In this document: positions 35,346 through 44,941 of the stretch, piece by piece
How positions within the stretch are numbered: position 1 is the stretch's first letter
How the letters are laid out: each line of letters opens with the position of its first letter
DNA from: an uncultured Candidatus Melainabacteria bacterium
GTDB taxonomy: Bacteria > Cyanobacteriota > Vampirovibrionia > Gastranaerophilales > Gastranaerophilaceae
Length of the DNA: 64,000 nt
Assembly (NCBI GenBank): GCA_947570135.1
Contig: CANOTP010000003.1
Location: forward strand, 88,197-152,196
Direction of reading: 5' to 3'
Program-made: the position numbers and the translations under genes
The notes under the pieces: model-generated
What the model was told of the DNA's origin: nothing
Databases searched by the model: none
The model's input: the letters and a program-made list of their open reading frames with translations, nothing else

Positions 35346-35924
35346 TTAATCAAAATCAATAATTTTTTTTCCGAGAATTAAGTCCCACATAGTTTTAAAA
35401 ACCTCTTTTTGATAATCAATAATATATTTAATCTTGTATTTTGCGATTTCTAACCTGGAAGCTTTTTCCGGACAAATATTTTCTTTCCCCGATGCTGTAC
35501 CGAATTCTCTGCAAATCGACGGACGCTCGGTGTAAATACTACATCTGGCATCATTTTTAATAAACGGACAATAATTGTAAATCTTTTTGGCTTCAAATTC
35601 GTTTAAAAGTCTATGAACATCTTCCATACTCTGTATGTTTAATTTTTCTACCATTTCAGGAGGTATTGTTGCAAGCATATTACCGTTTTGATCTTGTCCC
35701 ATATAAATTATCGGGCGGGTGCTGTAAATGATTGAATTATAAGTATCTTTCGGGTCATTTATACCCATGTTAAACCCGCCAAAGATTTCCCTTTGAACTT
35801 TTTCTTTATGTTTTGGTAAAAATCCCTCCGGTAAAGGTACATTTATACAACATCTGGCTTTGCATTTTTGAACAAAACATTTTGTCGGGGCTGTTAAGTA
35901 TGTTTTTAGTTTAGTTAGCTTCAT
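35346..35924 (-). CDS. YkgJ/UPF0153-like cysteine-cluster protein
   Basis: Cys clusters (C..C...CC; YCPF..DARCSIYTERPSICREFG) resemble the YkgJ zinc/iron-chelating domain. The start is taken at ATG 35924. Confidence 0.5.
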   Translation of the reverse strand: MKLTKLKTYLTAPTKCFVQKCKARCCINVPLPEGFLPKHKEKVQREIFGGFNMGINDPKDTYNSIIYSTRPIIYMGQDQNGNMLATIPPEMVEKLNIQSMEDVHRLLNEFEAKKIYNYCPFIKNDARCSIYTERPSICREFGTASGKENICPEKASRLEIAKYKIKYIIDYQKEVFKTMWDLILGKKIIDFD

Positions 35925-35967
35925 AGTATTTATTAAAAAGCGGTGCAAAAATATTTTTGCTAAAATT

Positions 35968-36294
35968 TTATATTAAATTTTTGAGTATTACTTCTATAGT
36001 TTCCAGTTTTCGGGTATCATTTTTGATAAGTTTTAAATTTTTTAGTATTTCTGAGTACAATCGGTCATTATCCTTAGAATTAGGTACACTGAATAAATCT
36101 GTGACAGAAATATCCAGAACCTTTGTAATGTTTTCGATAGTTTTTGCAGATGCAAAGCCTTTGCCTGTTTCTATCAGACTTAGTGATTTAACTTCAATAT
36201 TTAACAGTTCTGCAAGTTTATTTTGGGTTAATTTTCTTGAATTTCTCAGTCTTTTTATGTTACTGCCGAGAATTTTACATACATTGTTTTCCAT
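35968..36294 (-). CDS. XRE-family HTH regulator with C-terminal helical extension, divergent partner of pilin 36403
   Basis: MENNVCKILGSNIKRLRNSRKLTQNKLAELLNIEVKSLSLIETGKGFASAKTIENITKVLDISVTDLF. The start is taken at ATG 36294, after AGGAG. Confidence 0.8.
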   Translation of the reverse strand: MENNVCKILGSNIKRLRNSRKLTQNKLAELLNIEVKSLSLIETGKGFASAKTIENITKVLDISVTDLFSVPNSKDNDRLYSEILKNLKLIKNDTRKLETIEVILKNLI

Positions 36295-36353
36295 AGCAAC
36301 TCCTATTTTTAATAGTATTTGCAAGAAATAATATGTAAATTACATTAAACACC

Positions 36354-36382
36354 TTGACAAAAGTAGTTAAATATCTTATTAA
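36354..36382 (+). promoter_or_regulatory. Candidate sigma70-type promoter of pilin gene 36403-37086
   Basis: TTGACA (36354-36359), a 17-nt spacer, then TATTAA (36377-36382). The palindrome ATGTAA-A-TTACAT (36333-36345) lies just upstream. Confidence 0.5.
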
Positions 36383-36402
36383 TATATTGAAAGGTGATAT
36401 TT

Positions 36403-37086
36403 ATGAAGAAAGCTTTTACATTAGCTGAAGTGCTGATAACACTTGGGATTGTCGGAGTTATTGCTGCAATTACTATTCCGGGACTTATGACGGCTTATCG
36501 AAAAAAGGTTATTGAAACAAGATTGGTAAAATTTTATACAATAATTAATCAGGCGATTAAGCTTGCTGAGGCGGATTATGATGATAGGACGGGTTGGGAT
36601 ATTCTCGGCAGTGGTTTTATAAAAGACGAAGAGGGGAATAATACGGATATTGCTATATCTCAAGCTTGGGTTGAAAAATATATAATTCCATATATTAAAT
36701 CGGATATTAAAATGACAAATAAATCAGGTAAAGTTCAGCTGTATTTTCCAGACGGTAGTATGGTCGCCATTTCAGGATCTTCCTGGTTATTCTATCCTGA
36801 TGCTGCAAAGTATAGGTTAACGGAAGAAGGTATTATTGACGAAAATTCTGCAACAGGAAAATTTGTGTTTACTTTTTTTTATAATCCTAATTGTTCTCAT
36901 AAAACTGATTGTAAATTTGTCAGCAATGGTGTAGAACCATACAAATACGGATGGGATGGTACTAAAGAAGATTTATTCAACGGGCGTTACGGATGTGCAA
37001 AATCAGGTGCTGTAAAAGCATATTGTACTGAAATTATTAAACAAAATGGATGGAAGTTTCCTAGTAAATATCCCGTGAAACTTTAG
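36403..37086 (+). CDS. Prepilin-type N-terminal domain protein, tail subfamily B (Ala at -1)
   Basis: MKKA/FTLAEVLITLGIVGVIAAITIP at the N-terminus. The C-terminus reads ..CTEIIKQNGWKFPSKYPVKL. Confidence 0.85.
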   Translation: MKKAFTLAEVLITLGIVGVIAAITIPGLMTAYRKKVIETRLVKFYTIINQAIKLAEADYDDRTGWDILGSGFIKDEEGNNTDIAISQAWVEKYIIPYIKSDIKMTNKSGKVQLYFPDGSMVAISGSSWLFYPDAAKYRLTEEGIIDENSATGKFVFTFFYNPNCSHKTDCKFVSNGVEPYKYGWDGTKEDLFNGRYGCAKSGAVKAYCTEIIKQNGWKFPSKYPVKL

Positions 37087-37090
37087 AAAA

Positions 37091-37128
37091 AAAAAGCGGG
37101 CTTGAAAAATTTTTCAAGCCCGCTTTTT
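37091..37128. terminator. Bidirectional intrinsic terminator (pilin 36403 / rpsA)
   Basis: A-run, then stem GCGGGCTTGAAAA / TTTTCAAGCCCGC, then T-run. Confidence 0.75.
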
Positions 37129-37141
37129 ATTTTATTTGTTA

Positions 37142-38206
37142 TTATTCAGCATCTTTATTTATGTCTTTGATACTCAAAGCGATTCTGTGTTCTTGTGGTG
37201 TGAATTTCTTGATAAGAACTTCTACACTGTCACCGACTTTGAATTTGTTGAACGGGTTGATGTTTTCTTCTGCCATTTCAGAAACAGGTAATAATGCTTC
37301 AACGCCTGGGAATATGTTAATAAATGCACCAAATCCTGTTACTTTATTAACTGTGCCTGTAATTACCTGACCTTCAGAGAATTGTCCTTCGATTTGCTGC
37401 CATGGATCTTCGCCCATTCTTTTTAATGAAAGTGAAATTCTTTTTAATTCATTATCAATTTTGATAATTTTAACTTCTAAAGTTTCACCTAAAGAAATTA
37501 CATCTGACGGGTGTTTAATTCTTTGCCAAGAAATTTCAGAAATAGGTAGTAAACCGTCAATTCCGTTTATGTCAACGAAAGCGCCAAAGTCAGCAATTCT
37601 TACAACTTCACCTTTAACAACTTGGTCAACTTCAAGTTCTGATAAAATGTTATCAACAACCTGATCGCGTTGTTCAGCAACAGCTTGTCTTTGTGAAAGA
37701 ATAAGTTTGTTTTTCTTAGGATCAGCTTCAAGAACTTTAACTTCGATTTTTTGGTCTAATAAACCATCAAACGGAGTACCTGTTCTTAATTGAGATGATG
37801 GAATGAAACCTTTCAAATCAGCTACGTCAACCAATACGCCGCCTTTAACAACTGAAACAACTTTTGCAAGGATTGTATCACCTTGAACTTTAGCATCATT
37901 AAGTTGTGCCCAAGCTTGAGCAAATGCAAGTCTTTTCAATGATAAAAGCATTCCGTCTTCATCATGTTCTTCTTTTAGAACGTAAAATTCTTTAACGTCA
38001 CCGATTTCTAATGGTGATTCTTCTTCTAATGACGAGATTTCTTTGTTTGGTAAGAAAGCTTCTGTTTTAGCGCCGCGAACGCTTACTAAATAGCCGTCTT
38101 GATCTTTTTTTAATACAGTACCTTCAACGATATCTGCTACTGAATGTCCGTTTGAAAAGCTTTCTTCAAGAAGTTTTTCAAATTCGTCTAATGTTGCTTG
38201 TGTCAT
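37142..38206 (-). CDS. rpsA: 30S ribosomal protein S1 (four S1 domains)
   Basis: 354-aa ORF with repeated S1 OB-fold motifs (G.V..V...G..V......GF.P.S). Confidence 0.93.
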   Translation of the reverse strand: MTQATLDEFEKLLEESFSNGHSVADIVEGTVLKKDQDGYLVSVRGAKTEAFLPNKEISSLEEESPLEIGDVKEFYVLKEEHDEDGMLLSLKRLAFAQAWAQLNDAKVQGDTILAKVVSVVKGGVLVDVADLKGFIPSSQLRTGTPFDGLLDQKIEVKVLEADPKKNKLILSQRQAVAEQRDQVVDNILSELEVDQVVKGEVVRIADFGAFVDINGIDGLLPISEISWQRIKHPSDVISLGETLEVKIIKIDNELKRISLSLKRMGEDPWQQIEGQFSEGQVITGTVNKVTGFGAFINIFPGVEALLPVSEMAEENINPFNKFKVGDSVEVLIKKFTPQEHRIALSIKDINKDAE

Positions 38207-38209
38207 TTT

Positions 38210-39082
38210 TTATTCTCCTTTTCCTTGTATATTTTGAATGACTTTTTGTATTACGTTGTCAGGAGTTGAGGCTCCTGCTGTGATTGAAATTTTTTGTGAA
38301 GATTCAATCAAATCTTTATAACTTTCCAATTCTTTTTCTGTTTCAATATGGATTGTTTTTGTTATATCTTTTAAGATTTCAGCCAAATGAGTTGTATTGG
38401 CACTTTTTTTAGAGCCGACTACAACCATTAAGTCGCTGTCTTTAGCAAGTTCTTTTGCTTCCGATTGACGCATTGCCGTGCTTTGACAAATTGTGTTTGC
38501 GATAAGTAACTCTTTTGATAGCGGGGTTAAAAATTTTATTATGTCGTTTAATGTTGAAATCATTTGTGTTGTTTGAACAACTATTCCGATTTTTTTATGT
38601 TCTTTTAATTCTTTTTTATAAGATTCAAGTTTGTCGGAAGTATCTGCAACAAGAACGTTTTTACTGTATTGAAGTGCGTTTGCGCGGATTGCAATAACCT
38701 CAGGATGTTCTGATTTTCCTACAATAATTGTATAATAACCTTCTTTTGCCATTTCGACGGCTTTTTGCTGAACTTTTTTAACATCAGGGCAAGTCAGGTC
38801 ATAAACTTTAAATCCTGCTTCTTCTATTTTTTTGAAGACTTCGGGACTTTCTCCGTGGCTTCTGACAACACAAATTCCCTCACCTTTTTGAGGTAATTCG
38901 GTTAAAGTTTTTATTCCTAGCGCGTTTAATTCTTCGATAACCTGCGTGTTATGGATAAGTTCACCAAGCACACAAATATTACGCTCAGGGTTTTCGGCTT
39001 TTAATTTTTTTACAGTTTCAACGGCTCTTTTTACGCCGTAACAAAAACCTGCAAATTTAGCTAATGTAATACTTTTAGGCAA
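38210..39082 (-). CDS. ispH: 4-hydroxy-3-methylbut-2-enyl diphosphate reductase
   Basis: 290-aa ORF with a TTG start. AGFCYGVKRAV, GELIHN and SANT motifs of IspH/LytB are present. It lies directly upstream of rpsA. Confidence 0.93.
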   Translation of the reverse strand: MPKSITLAKFAGFCYGVKRAVETVKKLKAENPERNICVLGELIHNTQVIEELNALGIKTLTELPQKGEGICVVRSHGESPEVFKKIEEAGFKVYDLTCPDVKKVQQKAVEMAKEGYYTIIVGKSEHPEVIAIRANALQYSKNVLVADTSDKLESYKKELKEHKKIGIVVQTTQMISTLNDIIKFLTPLSKELLIANTICQSTAMRQSEAKELAKDSDLMVVVGSKKSANTTHLAEILKDITKTIHIETEKELESYKDLIESSQKISITAGASTPDNVIQKVIQNIQGKGE

Positions 39083-39176
39083 TTTATAATTGTCTTCTTT
39101 CTAATGGACTCGCGAGCGGTAAAATTTACTCCCTGCGGTAAGGTAATTACATCATAAATATGCGCAAATGTCAAAC

Positions 39177-42100
39177 TTAAGCATTGAATTTGAAGTCTTG
39201 CGGTTTATATTTTTTCTTAATCGGCTGTTTCATCCCGACTTTTGTTGAACCGAATACTCCGATGCCGTCTTCATTATCTTCTTCCAATGCTGCCATTGTG
39301 AATGCGGTAGCTGGTGCTTGTTTATTATATTTAATATTCCACTCGTAAGAACCTGGAGTCAAGATAGTTTCTCGTTGAGATTGGGTTTTTCCTGTTTCGT
39401 TATCTACAACTTCGTAAGCATCTTCTTCGTATTGGTCGCTTATGCCTGCAAAGGTGTCTTTATGTTTAATTGTAACGCCGTCATTTCTTACTGCTGTTAA
39501 TTCGTTCGGTTTTATTACAGGTTGAATCTTAGGTTCTTCTTTTTGTTCTTTCTGAGATTTTTGAGCCTGTGCCTTTGTGTCAGTATCTGTATCTTGCGGT
39601 TTTTCTTTTTGGTTTTTACGGTTAGGTTTTAAAGCAAATTTGCTGTCTAATTGAACTCCTTTTAAGTTGTTATATGTTTCACAGATATTTGCCTGCATTC
39701 CAAACGGTAAGTAACGTAAGTATTTTTTAATTTCATCAATACCTGCGTTGCTGTTGATTAAATCCATGATAAATTCATACATAATATCACTTCTTACAAT
39801 GGATAAATCATTCATCATAGGAATGAATTTTTTAACGGTAGATGATTGTAATTTATCAAGAAGTCTTTTGTTTTGACATTTTATAAACAATTCTTCAAGA
39901 AGATTTCTATCTTTAATAATTGTAGCAAGGGTGTCAATTTTACTGCTGTTACCGTATGAAGCTACTGCGCTTATAAGTTTACGAATAACAGAACTGCCGA
40001 ATCGTTCAATAAGTTTTGAATAAATTACGTTAAGACTGCTTGAATTAATGAATTGTTTAATTTTTGCTTCATTAATTTTAGAAGGGTCTTCGGTTGTTTC
40101 AATTTCTTCAATAGCATTAACAAATTCTTCAATTGCTTCGTTTGTAATTTCTCTTGCAGCTTGTTCAACTGCAATGTGTTCTTGAAGACCTTCAATATTA
40201 TCAAGAGCGGATTCTTTTTTCTGCTGAAGCGCCTGTGTAGTTTGTCTGTTAATCGTGTCAATATTAGTAGCTATAGGAGTAGGAGTATTTGGGGCATCGC
40301 TTGGTTTTGTCGGTGCAACATGAGTTGTAACACTTGTTGTTGAAACTGTAGGAGTCGGAACAATAGTCGGGTTTAATCTCGGTTCATTTTGTTTAGTTGT
40401 TTGAGTTGCAGGACGGCTTGCCGCAGGAGAAGAAGGAGCTGCTGAGCTGCCTGTTGAAACTTTTCCCGTTTCAATTGCACGTTGAATTTTTACTTGAGTT
40501 TCAGGCGGGTAATTCTTTGCGGCTTCTGTTACGTAAGTATTGTACTGGCTTCTTTTACCAGGGTCTTCAACATATTTTGATGAAGCTCCGATGTATTCTA
40601 AAACATCAGGATCTTTTGTGTTTTGTGAAAATTCTTTACCGTAATATACTTTTGTATCGTCATCTGGAGCATTTTTAATTGTACTGTCAACTAATGTTCC
40701 TTTAATTTCTGTTTCAATATTTTCATTGTTTAAATTATTTGTTGTATATTCGGAAATATATTCTTTTTCTAATTCATATTTATTTAACAGAATAGGGGTT
40801 TCTTCTGCGTTTTCTTTGGCATAAGGATTATCTTTTGTATACCATGATTCTGTATCTTTTGCCAATTGTTCTGCCGAAATACCTATTTCTTTTGCATTAT
40901 CAATCACAGTATCACGACCGAAAGCTCTTGCCATTTTTGAATCATGATGAGGCATTAATATTGCAACATTATATTGTTCAAGTTCATCTAAATGTGCAGT
41001 ATCATTAATTAAATTTTTATCATCTAGTAGTTTGATTACTGTTCTTGATGCTAATCCAAGTTCTTTACCAAGAGCCATTGCTAAGGAAGGATCCCTTAGT
41101 TGGTTAAGTATTTCAGCTTTTTGTTGAAAAGAAAGTTCTTTCGGATTAATGCCTAAGTTTTTACAATAATCATTTATGTATCCTTTAAAGTCATAACCTT
41201 CTTCAGTTTTGAACTTTGTACTAAGTATATAAGCCCCTGTAGATTCGACCTCAGGCATTGGTTCGTTTAGTAATTCTTGTTTTTCTTTATCAGAAAGTTT
41301 ATCATTTTTTAATATTCTTTGTTCATGTCGAAAAAGACGCTTGTATTCTTTTTTATATCTTTCACGTTCTTCTTTTGATAAATTAGGATTTTTAAGTTTT
41401 TCTTCAATATGTGCTCTCATCTCAACAATAGACGGTTGAGAGACTTTTTGTCCAGGTTCAAGTTTTGAATTTTCTAACTTTTCTCTATAAGCTTCTCTTT
41501 GAACCATTTGATATGGTGTTAATTTTGTGTCGACAGCCTTTTCATAAGCTTCTACTGCATCTAATGATAATAATTGGTCACTTGCAAAATCGGCAAAAGA
41601 TTTTGGACTATCAGAATTTTCCTGATTCCAGTTTTTCATTGCTGCCAGTTTTGTTGTTAGATTTGTGATACAGTTTTCAGGGTGTTTAGTCCACTCTTCT
41701 TTCCCGAATAATTTTTCGCCGATTGGGTTAAGAATTTTAGTAATCTCTTCAAATGAGAGTTTTTCCAAATTTTCAGGAGTAATCTCTGGAGCCAATTCTT
41801 GAACAAGATCTTTTATTATAATGGTAAGTTGTTCCGAATTGTCTAAATTTTTCCATTCATCACTTGAAAAATCAATATTCTTATCGGATTTCGTCCATTT
41901 GTCTATAATATCTCCTGCTACTTTTGCTGTTGCAGATTTTGGATCATTTAATATTTTTTCAAGTGAAAGACTTTCTTTTTCTGACATATCTATGATATTT
42001 GCTAACGTAGATATGGCGATATCTTTTGTAGTATTACTTACATTATTAATTTCAGGAAACATAATGCTTGCGATTTTTGTAAATGCCTTGTCGCGAATAC

Positions 42101-42728
42101 CTGATTTTTTTTCATCATCCATGTTTTGATATTCAGGCATGAAAAATGTAATTAAAGCCTCAAATCGAGCATTTAATTTTTCTTTTGAAGATAAATCATT
42201 CCAATTATCTAATGAAGGTGTAATATTATCTAATATTTTAGCAAAAGGTTTTATTGAATTAAAAAACTCTTTAGGGTTTATGTTCTCGCCTGTTGTTAAT
42301 GATGTTAAAATATTTTTTAATTTTTCAAAATCTTCAAGCTTAATGTCAAGTTTTAATTCTTTTGCTTTTTTTACGATAATGGAAATAAGTGCATCAGTGT
42401 TTACTCCAGCTGCATTATTTTTACTATCGGGTTCTGTAGTTGCTATTTTTGCATTGATATTGTCAAGAATAGTTTTCAATTCGGTTTCGTTTACACTCGG
42501 GAAGTATTTTTGCAATTCAGCAAGTTTATCCTGGTTAGATAGATTTCGAAACTCATTAGAGTTAATTAATTTTGCAATAATTTCTTCAGGTTTATCAGAT
42601 TTTCCAACAGGAATTACTCCTGTTTTCGGGGTTGCCGTTGATGATGATGAAACAGCAGTACCCGGCGTCGCTTGGGACGCCGTTGTACTTGTTGCTTTTA
42701 TATCATTTGAATAATCTGAATAACCCAT
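39177..42728 (-). CDS. Large hypothetical protein (1183 aa), Ser/Thr/Pro-rich linkers, no recognisable domain
   Basis: A long uninterrupted ORF in an AT-rich genome. There is no signal peptide or TM segment. It has a low-complexity S/T N-terminus and a PT-rich segment (..PTIVPTPTVSTTSVTTHVAPTKPSDAPNTPTP..). Confidence 0.6.
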   Translation of the reverse strand: MGYSDYSNDIKATSTTASQATPGTAVSSSSTATPKTGVIPVGKSDKPEEIIAKLINSNEFRNLSNQDKLAELQKYFPSVNETELKTILDNINAKIATTEPDSKNNAAGVNTDALISIIVKKAKELKLDIKLEDFEKLKNILTSLTTGENINPKEFFNSIKPFAKILDNITPSLDNWNDLSSKEKLNARFEALITFFMPEYQNMDDEKKSGIRDKAFTKIASIMFPEINNVSNTTKDIAISTLANIIDMSEKESLSLEKILNDPKSATAKVAGDIIDKWTKSDKNIDFSSDEWKNLDNSEQLTIIIKDLVQELAPEITPENLEKLSFEEITKILNPIGEKLFGKEEWTKHPENCITNLTTKLAAMKNWNQENSDSPKSFADFASDQLLSLDAVEAYEKAVDTKLTPYQMVQREAYREKLENSKLEPGQKVSQPSIVEMRAHIEEKLKNPNLSKEERERYKKEYKRLFRHEQRILKNDKLSDKEKQELLNEPMPEVESTGAYILSTKFKTEEGYDFKGYINDYCKNLGINPKELSFQQKAEILNQLRDPSLAMALGKELGLASRTVIKLLDDKNLINDTAHLDELEQYNVAILMPHHDSKMARAFGRDTVIDNAKEIGISAEQLAKDTESWYTKDNPYAKENAEETPILLNKYELEKEYISEYTTNNLNNENIETEIKGTLVDSTIKNAPDDDTKVYYGKEFSQNTKDPDVLEYIGASSKYVEDPGKRSQYNTYVTEAAKNYPPETQVKIQRAIETGKVSTGSSAAPSSPAASRPATQTTKQNEPRLNPTIVPTPTVSTTSVTTHVAPTKPSDAPNTPTPIATNIDTINRQTTQALQQKKESALDNIEGLQEHIAVEQAAREITNEAIEEFVNAIEEIETTEDPSKINEAKIKQFINSSSLNVIYSKLIERFGSSVIRKLISAVASYGNSSKIDTLATIIKDRNLLEELFIKCQNKRLLDKLQSSTVKKFIPMMNDLSIVRSDIMYEFIMDLINSNAGIDEIKKYLRYLPFGMQANICETYNNLKGVQLDSKFALKPNRKNQKEKPQDTDTDTKAQAQKSQKEQKEEPKIQPVIKPNELTAVRNDGVTIKHKDTFAGISDQYEEDAYEVVDNETGKTQSQRETILTPGSYEWNIKYNKQAPATAFTMAALEEDNEDGIGVFGSTKVGMKQPIKKKYKPQDFKFNA

Positions 42729-42824
42729 CTTTATCTTCTCTTTATATTATATGCTACAAGTTAAAAAAAACATGATTTAAGACGCTTTTTCAGTAAGTTT
42801 TCTTTTTGTTACATATCTTTACGA

Positions 42825-43565
42825 TTATTTTACGTATTGTTCTTTTAACAATTCTGATGAGGTTGTAAGTTCCATATTGGCACCACCGAACATTCTGTCA
42901 AGGGCACCGTTTTGAGGAACTTGGAAATTTGTTCTTCCTTTAACTAAATCCATTAAATCGTCAGATATTTCCTCAGGGAGTTTAATTTCTCTTTTGTACC
43001 AGTTTTGGTTAGATTTTTTCTCTTTAACGACAGCTCCGACAAATTCTTTTCCTGTGCCTAAATCATGGAATCTGATTCCTGATAATTGCGGAGGGCAGTT
43101 CCAGTCGTGTCCTGAACCGCTTCCTTCAGGACGATATCCGTTAGGTACAAAGTACACTTCTCTCACGTAATTACTATTCGGATTTCTTTTTTTATTAGGT
43201 TCAACCCAGTACATAGTATATTGGGTACCGTTTGATGAGAATTTCTTCTGGTATTGAACAAGTTCAGGTTTAACATAACTTGATGTGCGTGTTGCTGAAT
43301 TTATTCTGCTTTGCGGCTCAGGTGCTGCCATTGCCAGAAGTTCGGTTTGCGGAAATTCGCCATCTTGATAATTTTCTGCTGCAGCGCCAGCACTGTTCAA
43401 TAATGACGGACTTAATGTCATCATTACGATTACAGGAACTTTTACAAAATTATTTGCTCTTTTTGGTGTTTGTTTTGGTGCGGTTTCAGATTCACCGCTA
43501 AATGTTATATTACTTCTGTGTGTGTTAAATTTTACCCCGTTTACTGCGCTTACTACCATATTCAT
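42825..43565 (-). CDS. Hypothetical protein with one internal hydrophobic anchor
   Basis: 246-aa ORF. About 40 aa at the N-terminus are polar, followed by VPVIVMMTLSPSLL. No family recognised. Confidence 0.5.
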   Translation of the reverse strand: MNMVVSAVNGVKFNTHRSNITFSGESETAPKQTPKRANNFVKVPVIVMMTLSPSLLNSAGAAAENYQDGEFPQTELLAMAAPEPQSRINSATRTSSYVKPELVQYQKKFSSNGTQYTMYWVEPNKKRNPNSNYVREVYFVPNGYRPEGSGSGHDWNCPPQLSGIRFHDLGTGKEFVGAVVKEKKSNQNWYKREIKLPEEISDDLMDLVKGRTNFQVPQNGALDRMFGGANMELTTSSELLKEQYVK

Positions 43566-43760
43566 TAACTCCTTTTTGTTTTATTTTAAGGACTAACCCC
43601 TTAGTCCTTACCTTCACTAACTCTTTTTTCTGCGTATTATAGCAGTTTTTTCGGGAATTGTAAAGATTTGTAGAAGTTTCTACTCCTTTTCCCCGATTTA
43701 TTTTTTGAAAAACTGAAAATAAAAATTTTTGTCAGTTTCGGCAGTAAAAGTTAACATAAC

Positions 43761-44909
43761 TTAATGCTTGTCAATATGGGATTCGATGCCTAAAGTCTTG
43801 TTGTTATCGATATCTAAGACTTGTTTTATTATTGTATGTGCCATTAGTAAAAGATACGGATTAATTTCTGTTGTTTGAGATGAATTTATTGAGGCACTTT
43901 GCTGAGGTTTTTGGCTTTCTTTAATTTTATTATTGGTTTCAAAATTTATTACAGAGTTTATTGCGTAGAATTTTTGCTCTTTTTTCGTACGTAGTTGAAG
44001 CTCTTGTTTCGGGAATTTTTCGCTGCATTCGATTTTTACCTGTACGGAGTTTGAAGTTTCAAGGATAAGTGTCACATTTACCGCGCCAAAATTAAGTGTT
44101 GAAATAGTTATGGTTAAAATACTGTCGCTTTCTTCTGATTCGTCGTTTTTGTTTTGGATTTCAAGGTCAAAACCTACTCCGTCTTCTAACGGTAACCATG
44201 GAAGATATAGCATTAGTAAAAGTTTCAGTGTTTTTTGCGGGTTGTTTTCAGATGCGATTGAGATGCTTGCATTAATCAGTTTTGCCATTTCTTTCATTTG
44301 TGAAAGGTCTGTTATTCCTGATTTTGAAGCTTCTGTCATTGACATAATCAGTTTTGTTATGGCATCTTTTCCGTTCTTTTGGAAAAGAAGTGTGATATCA
44401 TTCAGATTAATCATTCCGCCTGAGAGGATTTCAAGGTTTTTCAAAGAGGTTTGCATTTGGCTTGCAAGTTGGATGTTCACTATTTCTTTAGCTGTGGAGG
44501 TACTTAAACCTTGTAATTGTGCAAGTATTTGTGCTTGAAGCTGGGATAGAGAATTTCGTTGTGCGGCAAGTTGGTTTGCAAACATTTGGTTAAATTGCGA
44601 TTGGGTCATTCCGCGCTGAAGCATATAGATAAACTCGTTAATGTTTTTTGGGAAACCCAGAACTTCTTTTGCGTAAATTGAACGGTCCATACTTTGCAGT
44701 GCGTTAAGTTGAAGGTTTTGAGCCGATATTCGTGCAGTTTGTGTTGTTTGAGAAAGTGTTTGATTAACAGGCAGCTCAGCAGACTTTGCGGGCAATGATG
44801 TTTGAATTTGAGGCGTGTTAGCGTTAAACGTGCCTTTTGTGCTAAAGGTTTGCTGTTGGAAATTTTTATTAAAATTATTCAAAAATCTGTTTATATCGAT
44901 GCCTGACAT
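43761..44909 (-). CDS. Hypothetical Gln/Asn-rich protein
   Basis: 382-aa ORF with a Q/N/S-rich N-terminal half and a beta-rich C-terminal part. No family recognised. Confidence 0.5.
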   Translation of the reverse strand: MSGIDINRFLNNFNKNFQQQTFSTKGTFNANTPQIQTSLPAKSAELPVNQTLSQTTQTARISAQNLQLNALQSMDRSIYAKEVLGFPKNINEFIYMLQRGMTQSQFNQMFANQLAAQRNSLSQLQAQILAQLQGLSTSTAKEIVNIQLASQMQTSLKNLEILSGGMINLNDITLLFQKNGKDAITKLIMSMTEASKSGITDLSQMKEMAKLINASISIASENNPQKTLKLLLMLYLPWLPLEDGVGFDLEIQNKNDESEESDSILTITISTLNFGAVNVTLILETSNSVQVKIECSEKFPKQELQLRTKKEQKFYAINSVINFETNNKIKESQKPQQSASINSSQTTEINPYLLLMAHTIIKQVLDIDNNKTLGIESHIDKH

Positions 44910-44941
44910 ATAACTAATTTAACTGATTTTTGGGAAAAAGT

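Noticed and set aside
43761-44909. A possible FliK-like flagellar hook-length control protein (Q/N-rich N-terminal half, beta-rich C-terminal part).
   Set aside because: The resemblance is compositional only. I could not find the characteristic Flg_hook C-terminal pattern, and no flagellar genes are nearby.
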